DNA of 64,000 nt from assembly GCA_001643675.2 (NCBI GenBank), contig LSRY02000028.1, positions 558,001 to 622,000 on the forward strand, written 5' to 3'. Made by a program: the position numbers and the translations under genes. Below are positions 50,901 to 64,000 of this stretch, one piece after another (within the stretch, counting starts at the first letter, position 1; every line of letters begins with the position of its first letter). The stretch is from Monocercomonoides exilis PA203. Lineage: Eukaryota; Protista; Preaxostyla. The notes beneath the pieces were generated by a model. It ran no database searches and was not told where the DNA came from. It saw only the letters and a program-made list of their open reading frames with translations.

Positions 50901-52399
50901 TCTCCATCAACTCTTTCAGTTCTTCTTTTACATCATCAATGTCAAACAAAGAAAACGACATCCTGCCAACAACTTTATCTTTTTCGGAGAGTGCAACATT
51001 CAAACTGGAAAAGATGAGAATGAAGAAGAAAAAGAAAAAATGAATACAGAAGATGAAATTGTACAGAAGCTCAAGCAAAATCCAGGCACAACGTCATAAT
51101 TAAAAGATGTCAAACACCATTTAGAAATGACAGAAGTTAGTAAAGAGAAAATAATCCTCGAATTTCTCTGCAACCAGCTCGCATTCAGTCTTTATTCGGA
51201 GCATTTTTATGTGTATCTACCAATCTGAAGCATAAAGTCGAAGCAATCGAGAAGCAGAAAGCAATGGAGTGAGTGATGTTGAATTAGCTGCTCCATGCTT
51301 TTATATCTCATTCACTCCACATAGCAACCGCAAGCAATTCACTTTCAGGCACTGCATCGGGCTTGTCGTTCTCACTTCAACTACTGCTGGCTACCCTGCA
51401 CTACTAGCTCCTCAATTATTACAGAAGGAGACATGCGCACACTTTTCGAAAGTGGAACAATAAAAAGAGGTGTGCGAAGTTGGCGAGGAGGATAGAGGCG
51501 ATGACATGGATGGAGTGGAAGATGAAGAATGAAAAAATGATAACTAACTTGAGCATGGTCTCAAGCTTTAACAAAAGCTGGAAAAGCCCTCTTGCAAGCT
51601 GCAATGCACACAACATCAGCTGTGTTCAGTGTAGACACTGAAGAAAATGTCATTCAATCTCACTTAACGTGATTTTGTTAACTCACTCTTCTGAAGTCAT
51701 TGAAGATAAACCATCTAAACATCTTTCATATAAAGAAGACCTCACAAAAAAAAATTGCAGAATAAAAATAAAAGAGAAGACGAACATTTCGATAAACTTT
51801 CAGAAGTGCACTCCACAGAGGGAACAACCTGAAGGAAAATATACAAGACGATTATCAGACTCTCGTCAAACACGCTTTAAGCACATTATGAGGCTTCTTC
51901 TGCAAAATCCGTTTTTTTGTCTATCCCTTCATCTGCGACGTTTGCTGCTTCTTCGTCAAGAGATTCTTCTTCTTCTATATTTCTCACATTTTATTTGAAA
52001 TCTGTTAAAAGAAGATAACATATTCTAAGATTAATAAAATGTTTGTTTCGCTCGACAAGTACATTAAAAGAAAACGAAGGCAATAATAAACAAAAAATGG
52101 AAGATGAAACAGGTTAATGGACAGAGCGGAAGCAAGCGTCGAAGAAAAAGAAAGTGCATTTCAAAAGAAAATAGAGATAATTAGAATTAAAGAGATAGAA
52201 GAAAAGGAAAAAATAATAAAAAGACTTATTTGATGATTATAATATTGCCGATGAAAATATGGTCGGAGAAATCTAAGGATCGATCAAGCCAAATGCAGAC
52301 TCAAATGACAGCAACATGTTATTAATTGCCATCACCATCTCACTCGAAACCTATTAGTGCTGTGTTGAAAAAGCATATACATATGATACATGACAAGAT

Positions 52400-55300
52400 T
52401 TAGACTCCTCCTCCCTCCCTCTGTTGTGCCATCTCCTTGTGAAACTGCATCACTTGCTGCCCATCCTCCAGTGGCAGCCCAAAGCGGATCGCCCTTTCCA
52501 CCTCGTTCTACACAACTGTAGCTCCACTAGCTCCACAACCAGCCGCACCATCCACAATAGCGCCCGCCGCCCTTCTTTCTTCCCCACCGCAGGCTGCACA
52601 CTCTCCACACTCCACCTCAGCACAACCCTTTCCCACATCCCAGCCGACACCAACGAAAGCGCCCGCATCTATTCGTCAGGTGTTTGCTTCCGCAGTGCAA
52701 AGTGACAGCTCACAGTCTTTTCAACCGCAACATTCTTAGACTATGATAGAGGCTCTCGTCGGTAAGCAGCATCGCACACGTCCGGCTGCCGCTGGTACAG
52801 CTTGATAAAGTCGTTTTCCTCATATTCCCACAGCACCGACACTTAATATGGCAGACAGCATCAAAACATCCGGCACGTGTCTTAGAAGATCCTCAGGGAC
52901 AGCGCTAATAGTGTCTGCGGATTGTACATGCAGAAGAGACTCCACTTCATCGTTCGAATTGCCTCAACAAGCCACACACATTGACGATGATGTTGCTGAA
53001 GATGATGAAATCAGTGGATCTTCACTGCATATCGCATCTGACTGCGCATTCATCGCCTCTTTCAACCTCGCAGCTTCTTCATTAGAAGTTCAGCTACAAT
53101 CCAAGAAACACATACGCTTCTGCCTCCCCCTTATCCGACTTAATCTCTTCCAACTCCCCAAGAAACAACTTTATCTTCTTGCCCAATTCCCCTTCAAACA
53201 CAATATTGATACACATCCGACACATCCGTAACGACATAGTCAAGAAGTCCTCTTTCTCTTTCATCAGCAACTGCTGCTGCTCACCTTCAAACAGCACCGT
53301 GTTGCAGTACAGGAAGTCATACAGCTCACATCCAGGAAACTCCTCCGGCACATACCACTTAACAGCCGCACCTCCGCAAATTTTTTTCGGAACAGTTCCA
53401 CCACGAAGATCATCTTCAACAGCACTACCTCCTTCTTCTATTTCTCCGAGCACTTCTCCCACAGCCGCATACACAAAAAATCTCCAAAACAACTGACTTG
53501 GAAGCACCCCATCTTCCAACCCAGCGCTGCCATCGCTCAAATCTGCTAATATCTTCTCCATATATTCTCTGGATCGTTGACAGCGTCCACGCCAGCTTCT
53601 ATCGCAGTCCTGTCTTTAGCTACTGCTGACTCCGCTGAATCGGAATAGACGACTAATATATGTGCGACATCCGAAGAACATAAACCATTTCGTACGCCAC
53701 TTGCCCCAACACACCTGACACCGTGCTCATCAGCCGCTTCATCTCTGTCTTCCCATTTGGCAAAGGCTCCCCGCCTGCCACAGACAACACTGCCCCAGAT
53801 CCACTAAAATGCTCAGCAGATCGCTCCGACTCTTCTCGGTCTCTGTTGTCTGTTGTCTGCTCAAGAAGCATGTACAGCCGCTGCACAATTATCGCCTTCC
53901 CCACACATTTTTCTTCACAATTTGGAACAACAGCTAGCATCCAGTCCTTTCACTCTTTCGTTAGATCTTCACACTGCGATAGAGGAAACCCATGCGGCGC
54001 GCTCTCATCTATTTCTTCTCCCTTTTCACCTTCCTCAGCTTCATCGTATTTTCCGACTCAACTTTTGTTCTTCCTTCTCCTCGCCACATCCTTCTTCTTC
54101 TCATCTTTCTCCTCTGCCCCGCATTTATTGCCACCTCCAAATTCCCCAAGCCCAACCTGCTTCTCGAGCTCATTCACCTACCCAACCAGGCGCGGTACTG
54201 TCTCTTCATACGACAAATTAATTTTCTTCTAATCCTGCTTCTTTTGCGCAAGCGCTGTGTGCCGCTTCTCAATCACCTCCTTGAACAGCGCCTTCTGCTC
54301 GCTTAACGTCTGCTACTGCACTTTCAACTGCGCCATCAGCATATTCGTTTCCTTTTCCATCTTGTTCATCTTCTGCTGCACCGTTGCATCTGCTTTTCCA
54401 CCACCGCCTCCATCACCGCTGTTTATTTTTCTCGCAACACTCGCCTCACTCCCCACTTTTGCAACAACCCCCTTCCCATTCAGATCTGGTCCAAGCATCA
54501 CAGCACTTCCATTTTTGTTGATCTCTGTTAACTTCTCCCGTCACTTTTCATGCAGCCCCAACGGCTGAATCAACAAAGCCAAAGATGGAACCACCCGCCA
54601 TACGCACAAATTAATGAAGGAGATGTATCAATTGTAACCCCCGACCAGCCAGTTTTCACTTGCCATCCATACTCACCACTTCGCTTTGAAGAGAACAGCC
54701 TTTCTTCTCCTTCTCAATCCTTACACCAATCAGCCCCGCCTTCTTCTTCGTGGCCACCAACTGTCACTTCACCTCCTTTGCCTCCTTCACCTCCTTACTT
54801 CTGAGTTAGACTTCTCATTCAGCTGCAGAATCTTCCTCTCCTGCATCTATATGATCTTATCCTTCCCTGCAGAATACTTCTTCTTTATCTCCTGCTTCAC
54901 CTTTTCATGTTTTTCCTTTTTATTCATCTTCTTCTCCACAGTCAACTTCTTTTCCTTCTTTTTTTTCTTTTTCTTTTGCTTCCTCTGCTTCTTCGCGCTT
55001 CTCCAGTACTGCCAGCGCAATCGCTGCTGAAGACAGAACCATATCCTCCATCCTCAGCCCCACCACCGACAGTCCGTTCTCAACAATCTCTCCCATATCA
55101 CACACTTCAACCCCTCGCCCCATCACTTCGTCGTCCAGCTTCACCACCACACGCCTCGACTGTTGCGATCACCATATTTGTAGTGAAGGGTCAAACAGAT
55201 CGCAGATCGACGGGAATGCTGTTCACATTCTTCGCATCAAAGATCCGCTTGCTCCCCAACTTCGTGCTCACAGACTCTGCAAGCTACGGAAGAGGTGCCA

Positions 55301-55900
55301 CCAGCTGAACCGAAAGCATCGACAAAAGCGCCACATCGTACGCACACACACAACACCTCCATTCAGCAGAGCCAGCTGCGTCACACCACAATATATCCAC
55401 GCAGCGTCTGCAGCGCACACGGCAACGATTTCTTTTGATTTGCACACACCTCACATTCTTCTGATTCAACAATCCGCAGCCGACTTTCGATGTTATCCAT
55501 CGTTGTTGTTGAAGTGATAAATGACGCCTCCGCCTTTGAATCATCCGAAGGGTCAATCGCAGGCGCTGATGATGAAGATGAAGATGAAGATGACTTTTCA
55601 TTTTCTGTCATTTTCTTCTCTTCGCTTCTCCACCTCCGGAATGGAGAAGTTGATCGGCGTACTGCATTAGAAGAAGACGAAGAAGATGAAAACTCTGAGA
55701 GAAGAGACGACTGATGCGCTGCCACGGCCACAAGAAATATAATGAGACATCTCCAAATGCATCAGCCAAAAGAACCGCAGGCTATTTAAATACAACATCC
55801 ACATTCTTATCAGAATGGGATACCGGAAAAGAAAATCTGCTTTTTTCGTGTTATTTGAAAAGAATGAAGCGGAATATGTCTCAACGACGTATGGAGACGA
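52400..55900 (-). pseudogene. GC-richer decayed coding region of unknown family
   Basis: Series of interrupted minus-strand ORF fragments (53094-53561, 53653-53940, 54313-54501, 54920-55150, 55381-55731) with coding-like composition. Confidence 0.45.
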
Positions 55901-56985
55901 AATGAAAATGAGAAGAAAACAAGTTGTTTGATTCAAACTTTATGAATCTTTAAATGAGAAGAGATTGCATTTTTGAGTTTGTAATAAATAAAGATATATT
56001 TTGAAAATTAACATTTTGTGCTGCATTTCAAAATGATAACATTTATTATTGCTCAATGTTTGCACCTTTTTGAACATTTTTCGAATACAACGAGTCTATT
56101 TTTGACAAATTTTTAATGATTGACAATTTCTTAAAAAATTCTATTATTCAAGCAAATTAAACTTTTTTTGTCTTTTACAAAGGAAAATAACAAAAAACTA
56201 AGTTAATATCCATAAATTCAGAATGAATATTCGAACAGATGAAATGAAAATGAAGAAATAAAAGCATGAAACTCATATGATACAAACAGCCTGAAAGCAA
56301 TCGCTTACTTGAATGTATTACAATATAAAGTTAAAAATGCATATGATATCAACAAATATGTATCTTATTTTTTTTATAAAAAGCTAAATAAATTACAACA
56401 AATCACATTTATCAAACTTAAATGGGAACGGAATGATCAAAATATATTGATCATTTATGATCTTTTGTGGGACAAAATTAAAGTCAAGGAACTTTTCAAA
56501 AAAATTTAGCCATATTATCTTTTAAGAATCTTGTAAAGTGTCAACGAGAACTTTTTATTGATGATTTTGTGATATTTCAGTTTTGAAATGCTATTTCAAA
56601 TGAATTTATCTATCAATCAAAATTAAGATTGATTTATTCAGGATTGAAATGACATTTTAATCACAATTAACTTTTTATTTTTCAACGAATGGTTGTTGCC
56701 ATCGATGAAAATCAAATTTAAAGTCACATAAAAAAGAGAATGAAGAAATTACTTGTTTAATTCGTTTTTTTCTTATCAACGATTTGAGGAAAATTGCAGC
56801 TTGTTTCCAAAGGTCAACATTTAATAATTTTTTATCGTTGTTTCAATTGACGTTCAGAGTATATTCTTTTAGATAATTTAAGCTAAAATAATTATCAGTG
56901 TTTCAAAAAACAGAAATATTAAAAAAAAAAAACAAATTTATCAATTGTTTTGAATTTATGTAGTAAAATGAAATAATGAAAACTT

Positions 56986-57790
56986 TCAAAGAAGAAGCAA
57001 AGAATTCAGCATTTCCAATGAAAGTGAGTGTCTTCTATCCCCCACGATACGACGAAGCCTTGAAAATAGTCGCTCGCAAGAAGTGTCGCTGCAGGGGAAA
57101 GTTATTAAAGCGAAACAAATGTTTGAAAAAATTGAGTGAAAATGATCAAGTTTACTAATTTCAGAGTATAAAACAAAACAATTATCAAGCACAACAGACT
57201 GATGACAGTCAAAAATAAAAGAAGAATACAAAGCTTCCACATGTTCCCTAACTTCCTTGTTTTGGTTAGAAAGAACATTTGACGCATATTGATGAAATCC
57301 ACTTTTCATTCTTATAAACCAATCCATCTTTATTGTTTCGATAATGCTTCTAATTGTCATTTGTTTCTGATCCATATTTTTCAGTTTACCAAATTCAATA
57401 AATTCACTTGAGCCAATAAATCGAAGATCATCGTCATTTTCAGAATTGTCTGAGGATTCGTCATCATCATTGATTTCAGCAACTTCGCTTCTTTCTTTGC
57501 TCCTTATTTCATTGATTTCTTTTTCACTTTCTTTTCTTGTGAAATATTTATTGGTCTCTTTCTGGAAAGATAAAGACGAATCAAAAGTGTCAGGAAATTC
57601 GTCTTCTTCAGAATCTCTTTCAGCTTGTGATAATCCAAAAATATCCAGGTCTTCCTCATCAATTTCATCTTGATCCATTCAAGAAAATTCATAAATTTTT
57701 AACTAAGAATTTTCTGATATTATTTTGAGTAACTGAATAATGTGCGTATCATCTGGATTCTCGCTATCCATTTTTGGAACAGTGATTGTT
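56986..57790 (-). pseudogene. hAT transposase C-terminal part (dimerisation domain)
   Basis: ALITFPCSDTSCERLFSRLRRIVGDRRHSLSLEMLNSLL is the hAT S...ERxFS...RR.L motif. Confidence 0.88.
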
Positions 57791-57794
57791 ATAT

Positions 57795-60018
57795 GGGTCA
57801 TTATTTTTCATATCATAACTTTGTTCGAAGAAAGATCTTATTTTAAGTAATTGTGGTATAAAGAGAAAAAATCAAAAATACATGTTTACAAATGAATAGA
57901 AAAAGAATCGTGATTGGTTTTTTGAAAACTAAGTTAATTTGAGAAAATTTTGAAAATTCCCTTATAGCATTTTATAATTAAGCTTCTTTCAATATATGAA
58001 TTATTTGATATCACAACATCTAACAAGTCCATTTATTGATTATTATAGATGACAATTTAAGTATGATTCAATTAAATAACTTTTTCATATGCTTTGAATT
58101 ACTTATCATTTGAAAATGAATGAATAGTTGTTTTATTAAATTCAGATACGTAAATAAGAGGTTTTAAATTTTGTTTGATGTTATTTTGGACTTTATAAAA
58201 GTCATGAACGTTGTTTATTTTATCTGAAGCGATTTAAAATGTTGCGAGCGAATTAGTGTTAAAGGAATTTCGTCACATATGAACGAGAGAATAAATCTAG
58301 AAGGGATTATATAAATATTATGAAGGATGATTTTAATTTATTAATTATAGAGAAGATGAGAAAATAGATGAGCACAAAGATTACAATGTTTTTTATTCTG
58401 TCGCTTTGTTTTTATTCGTTTTCTTTATATTTCTTCGAACAAAGCATTAAACATAACTTGTATTGTTGAAAAGTTTATTGTTTTTAATATGTGCACTTCA
58501 TTTTTCATTGAGAAGAGCAATAATCAATCTGAATTTTCAAGAGATCTTTTCCTTTTTTGAGAAGTTTGAAAGAAGAACTCGAAAAACAAAAAACATTATT
58601 TTGATTTCTCTTTAAACATATGATTTGCAACAGCAGTTGCAATTTTTCTATTTCTTATGATCAGGGAACAGGAAAAATGAAGAAAAATCAAGAAAGCAAA
58701 CAAAAAAAAGATAAGGAAAAACAAGTGAAATCAACGAAATTATGATTCAAATCTTCTTTGGAACAATTCTCTGGCTGTACAACGGCTACTACAGCTGAAT
58801 TGTTGAAAAATAAACCAAAGAAGAAGAAGGCGAAGTAAACGACGATGAAGACGAAGACGACGACGACGACGACGACGAAGAAGAAGAAGAAGAAGAAGAA
58901 GAAGAAGAAGAAGAAGAAGAAGAAGAAGAAGAAGAAGAAGAAAAAGAAGAAGATAAGGAGGAAGAGGAGGAGGAAGAGGAAGAATACAATTGCGATGAAA
59001 ATCAAGGCATTAACGAATGTGGTGGCGTCGCTTGTTTTGCCTCTTCGGGATTAATTCCGAGTGCTTCGCAGCTCCTCCATTCATTTTTTGCTATCCGTCC
59101 AAAGCTCCTTTTTTCCATCGCTCTCTCACAAGACTTATTCATCATTTTTCCTCTTATTCCTTTTCCTTCTTAGACAAGGACTCGTATCATCTGGGTGCAT
59201 CTTCATCATTTTGATTGGAATTGCCTTCCGCTTTGCCTCCTTCTCCATTTCTCTTTCAGCTTTCCCTCTGCATATGCATCCCTTTCTTGCCCCTGTGCAT
59301 CGCTAAGCTTGAAACCACTCAAACTTCCTTTTCCGCCTCCCATTTCTTGAAAGATGCTAACAAAACAAACAAACAAGCAAATCAACAATAAAAACAACAA
59401 CCAAACTAAATTAACAAACGAAAATAAAGAGACAAACATCTGACTGTTATTTTCCGCTGCAATATTTCTCCTTTATTCACTTACTTCTTAAAATGATACC
59501 ATTTCCATCTGAATACATGCAAGATTCATTTTCGTTTCACACTTCACATTAATTTCACTGTTTTTCTTTAACTTTCAAAATCGCTTCAGATAAAATAAAC
59601 AACGTTCATGACTTTTATAAAGTCCAAAATAACATCAAACAAAATTTAAAACCTCTTATTTACGTATCTGAATTTAATAAAACAACTATTCATTCATTTT
59701 CAAATGATAAGTAATTCAAAGCATATGAAAAAGTTATTTAATTGAATCATACTTAAATTGTCATCTATAATAATCAATAAATGGACTTGTTAGATGTTGT
59801 GATATCAAATAATTCATATATTGAAAGAAGCTTAATTATAAAATGCTATAAGGGAATTTTCAAAATTTTCTCAAATTAACTTAGTTTTCAAAAAACCAAT
59901 CACGATTCTTTTTCTATTCATTTGTAAACATGTATTTTTGATTTTTTCTCTTTATACCACAATTACTTAAAATAAGATCTTTCTTCGAACAAAGTTATGA
60001 TATGAAAAATAATGACCC
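57795..60018. mobile_element. Foldback-type non-autonomous element, ~440-bp TIRs, 4-bp TSD ATAT, inserted in the hAT transposase
   Basis: Arms 57795-58235 and 59578-60018 are reverse complements starting GGGTCATTATT. ATAT at 57791-94 and 60019-22. Confidence 0.85.
58842..58983 (+). repeat. (GAC)n(GAA)n microsatellite within the foldback spacer
   Basis: Read directly. Confidence 0.95.
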
Positions 60019-60022
60019 ATAT

Positions 60023-62249
60023 GAGAAGATGAATTGCTTTCCTTTTGAGACGATGAAGTTTGCTTTTTGTTTTCGCAAGGTTCAGGATTCAACGAATGAA
60101 GAGTGGAATAAAATGCGTCGATTATGAAGGGGTTCGATTCATATGTCATTGAAGATGGAACATCGAACATTTTTTTCGAAAAGATAAATCATTTCCAATG
60201 AACAAATCTTTCACAATTTTTTGCTTTGAAGTTTCATTTGGAAATTCATTTTGCTTGTCTATTCTTTTCATCTTGCAGATTTTTCGATGATCAGTTTCCA
60301 TTTCATTTTCAAAAGATATCGAGTTCAAACAAGAAGGAGAAGAAGTTGATTGTTTTGATGGAATGGAAGGAAAAAAAGAAGTGGAAGGAGAGGAAGAGGG
60401 AAAGGAAGAGGAAGAAGATGATGAAGAAGAAATTGCATTGGAGTAAAATGACGAAAATGAGGGTGAAATTGACTAAAATAAGTGTTCGCGACCCTGGGAT
60501 TTTGATGAATCTGCATTGTTCGTAATATTCATATTAAAATGTTGTAATTCATTATTTGAATCAACGTGTTTGGAAATCGAACAAGTAGTTTCCACTGAAA
60601 AAGCCTGTTTATATCCTTCTTTTAACCTGCACAATTCTGAGCAGAATGTTTCGGAAAATGATCCTGCTTGATAAAGATTTCTTCCTGTTGGTGTCAAAGA
60701 GAAGGCTAAAGAAATAATATTCCCTCGATTTCCTGCCAAGAAAAAATTAAAAAAAAGAATTATAATTTGACATAAACCAGATCGCCAGTTTTCATCGGAA
60801 AATTCTGCCAGCTCCTGCATACAAATGAACCGTGCAAATACCTTCAATATCTTAGGGAAAATATCACCTAACTTAATTTCTTCATTTTCAAAGAACAACT
60901 GAAGTTCTTTGAGAGGAAATAAAAGAAGTTCATTTTTGATCTCATCTTTAACAAAAATTAATTCCTTCAATTCAGATAAGCAATCATTAAAATAATGTTT
61001 TCTAATGAAACAACAAATGCCATAAAGACAATGCCATCTGGTTTCCACAAATGTGGGGCATTTCAGAATAGTAGGATTTCTTCGAGAAAAAACTTTCACT
61101 TGTTTGGAATATGTAATTAATGTATCTCTCAATTTTTGAAAGAATTCATTTTTTCTGTAAAAATGACGCACCACTAAATTTAGCAGATGATTGCAACAAT
61201 ACACAAATATTGGAGTCGTTCCTGTGCATATCGATAAAGACGTTTTAGTAATATTTTCTTCACTCAAACTTTCAATTGCTTTCCGTTGAGGAAGCAAACC
61301 ATCCGTGCAAAAGCATCGCACTTCTCCGTGAAGATCTCTGATTTCCGTTAAAATCTGTGTGATGAGCTTCAAATAGTCTGATGAAGTGTAGCAAGCTTCA
61401 TTTATCCTCCAAAAAAATGGTTTTGCAAATTCCTTCAATGGGACTACTGTAATAACTGTTTATTTTTTGCTTGCAATAACTCCTCCATCAATCATCACTC
61501 CAACCATAGAGTTATAGATTATTTTTTTCCTTTCAGCGATTATTTTGTTCACTTCATCATGAATGATTGAAGAGAGTTTTCTGTGATTTAAACGCGGAAA
61601 AATGGACTCTGTTGACAAAGAAGGATTTTGTTGTGAGATCTGTATTAATGTTGAAATAAAAGTATTAAATTCCGATGAGTAAGCAGACAAGAAAGCTATA
61701 TTACAATGGCTGATCAGCTTCAAAAAAAAACTAATTAAGGAATCATATTGAAAATGATAAGGCACGATTTTCTTTGTTGCAAAATTTGTTTGATTGCTTG
61801 AAGTACATGGCGATTTAAAATATTGGACGATACAAGAATTATTCAACAGAGAACATTGATGATTGCATATCCTTTCGCTTCCTTTCCTTCCACATATCCC
61901 GCAATCAACTCCTTGCTTGCTGTTAGGACATAAATAGTATATATGGCCATCCTTTTTTAACGAGCCATCATTTTTAACTGGAGCATATGCTATCCAAAGT
62001 TTGTTGTTGTTCACTTCAAAGTGAACTTTTCCAATTTCATCACCTGTATTGTTGGGGTGTTTGTAATCTTTTTTTAATAAAGAAAAAGATACGATGTAAC
62101 TTTTGATCGTAATAAATTTTTTTCACGCATTTTCCAAAATTAGTGGTTTTCGAATATTCCAACTTGACAAAAGAACAATTACTTCTTTTCAACTCTTCTA
62201 TTTTTTTTCCCAATGCGTCGCTCTTTGAAAAAAAATCAAAACAATTCAT
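60023..62249 (-). pseudogene. hAT transposase N-terminal and catalytic part, with in-frame stops at 61460 and 60473 and frameshifts
   Basis: Cys/His zinc-finger-like YLCP..C..C..H; VGVMIDGG; FCTDG; YCCNHLLNL (CxxH); ETRWHCLY. Confidence 0.88.
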
Positions 62250-62382
62250 TTTTGTTTAAATTAAACTATGTATTCAAACCACTTCTTTTGTCTTAATACA
62301 ATTTTGTAATTCAAGAGGTAAAAACTTTATGAAATTATAGTTATTTGTACCTTCCGTGATAAAAGCTTACTGATATAAAAGT

Positions 62383-62462
62383 TGATCTATTCGATAGATT
62401 GATCAGATTGACAGACTGATCTATATGACAGGCTGATCAATTCGACCGACTGATCTTTGTCG
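62383..62462 (+). repeat. Five 17-bp-period imperfect repeats starting TGATC, subterminal to the hAT end
   Basis: TGATCTATTCGATAGAT / TGATCAGATTGACAGAC / TGATCTATATGACAGGC / TGATCAATTCGACCGAC / TGATCTTTGTCG. Confidence 0.75.
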
Positions 62463-62741
62463 AAAAAAAATAAAAAATGTTTATTTATGAATTGTTAACC
62501 AATTATTAATTATTTGAAAATACATGAAAATTATATTTATCTTTTTTGTTTGAATTAAAAATTAAAAAATATTCGAAAAAAATGCAATAAGCATTTGAAT
62601 AAATTTTTTTGTCGGTCGACTTGTCGAACGCTTTCAAAAAATGTCGGTCTGTCGCAAAGGTCTACAATTAAGTGATCACATGTTGAGTTGTGGACAAAAT
62701 CAGGGAAAGGGATAAAATCCGGGAATGTCAAATGAAAAACT

Positions 62742-62744
<3 letters not shown>

Positions 62745-62809
<65 letters not shown>
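62745..62809 (+). repeat. Poly(A) run of ~65 nt
   Basis: Read directly. Confidence 0.95.
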
Positions 62810-62810
<1 letters not shown>

Positions 62811-62812
<2 letters not shown>

Positions 62813-64000
62813 GAAATTGATTTTGAAAATAGCAAACACTTTCCTATTGCTCTTCAATTATTCGAAGAAATCTTTTTTTGAAATGATAAAATTATTGAAC
62901 AAATACAATAAAATGTATGGATCACAAAGCCGTAATGTTTGCTTTCTCTTTCAATATGTCTTCTTTCCTTCGTCTTCAGAACTTTCAAAAGTTTTTGCCA
63001 CCGCAGAATTAAGAAGATAAAAATCAAAAGTTGAAAAAAGTGATTTTTTTTCTTTCAAGAAAAGAGATTTCACACAAAATCAAAATATCTTCTGGCTTAG
63101 TCTCTTCTTCTGCACTATATCGACTAATATCAACTTTGAGACAGGGAATGGATCCACAACATAATGGAAGATTGAATTTGTTTTATATCGAGGAACAAGA
63201 AGAAAAAGAAGACGATGACAAATGTATTTTGTTTTCAGCAGATAAAATAACATTCAAAGACATTATTAAAATAGTTTGGTTTTTGTTTGAATATTTTTTT
63301 AACTTTTTTGTGTTGCATTTCAGGGCTGAACACGTCATTCAAAGAAAAAACAGAATCAAGGATGATAACAGCGAAATTACAGAAATTAATGAAAAATTGG
63401 CAAGTCATTTCAAGAAAAGAAGCAGTGCTTGACAAATGATAAAATCAAAATCCATAGAAATATAAAGGTTGCTCTGATCCTCAACGACAAACATTTCTGT
63501 GTGGTTTTCATTGCTTGGGGACTTAATTAGTACAACAAAAAATTTATGCACTGATCTGACATTTATTATTGATGAAACAGGCACAAGTTTATGAAAATAT
63601 GATAGCAATTTCGTTATGAAACGATCAGACAAAGAAGATCCAATGTTACACTCCCAACAACTTCAGCTCAACGCAGCTATGATTTTCGGAATTATTGCAG
63701 ATGGATCATCAATTAATCCAGTGATGATTTGAACCTCAAAAACTGTTGAAAAAGATCTTGCAGTATATAAATATCAACGACTTGAAATAGTGGCCAACAG
63801 AAGCGGTTGGATAACAAAAAATGACTTTGAACAAATCATGATGAAAAACATTTTTTCCACTGTTAACAAAAAAAGAATTGAATTGCATGGATCAGAAGCA
63901 TCTGCATTTATTGTTATGGACGGGCATTCATCGAGGCTTTGCTGGCCTGTGATAACATGGTGTCGTGAACATTAAATTGAAATTGTTATTCTTCCTTCGC
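62811..64000 (+). pseudogene. Decayed pogo-like (DDE_1) transposase running off the window end
   Basis: FIIDETG, AMIFGIIADGSSINPVMI, NRSGWITKNDF, FIVMDGHSSR, IEIVILP; several in-frame stops. Confidence 0.75.

Larger units (their letters stand above)
45707..62664 (-). mobile_element. ~17-kb hAT transposon enclosing cargo, 8-bp TSD CAATTAAG
   Basis: TSD at 45699-45706 and 62665-62672. TIRs AAAGCCTTTGCGACA and TAGACCTTTGCGACA (reverse complement) share 11 contiguous bases. GTCGGTCGA/TTGTCGA subterminal motifs at both ends; hAT transposase inside the right end. Confidence 0.75.

Noticed and set aside
41565-59054. Poly-Ser/Glu/Lys/Phe ORFs over the GAA/TTC tracts
   Set aside because: Stop-free microsatellites open several frames; there is no independent coding evidence.
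25401-62249. In-frame TAA/TAG in the Merlin and hAT transposases as evidence of a TAR=Gln genetic code
   Set aside because: Host genes here end in TAA, these ORFs use CAA/CAG freely, and the hAT also has TGA stops and frameshifts. Ordinary nonsense mutation is sufficient.

Overview
AT-rich eukaryotic DNA in the standard genetic code, with short GT(TTG)...AG introns. Intron style and the expanded gene families resemble an oxymonad such as Monocercomonoides; this is inference, not tested. The window has two halves. Bases 1-23.4 kb are a compact housekeeping block: GlyRS 3' part, TAP42/alpha4, a B-box/CCCH protein, a large-type thioredoxin reductase, CSN8-like, SAPS/PP6R, TFIIF-alpha, DRC2/CCDC65, TRAPPC6, RPS11 and a C2 protein. 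Bases 23.6-64 kb are a nest of DNA transposons and decayed multigene-family copies. Main discoveries: (a) The TrxR is a selenoprotein ending G-C-TGA-G-TAA. Its 3' UTR has a ~190-nt hairpin right after the stop and a candidate non-canonical SECIS (CUGA core, extra hairpin branching out of helix II). (b) A ~17-kb hAT element (45707-62664, perfect 8-bp TSD CAATTAAG) encloses host-gene cargo, and its transposase is split by a foldback element. (c) A Merlin/IS1595-type element has 1.4-kb inverted arms holding copies of a host-like gene family. That family is also inside a second Merlin-type and a piggyBac-like element. (d) An intronless Trp/Met-rich 30-aa tandem-repeat protein. All structures were read by eye; nothing was computed or database-searched.
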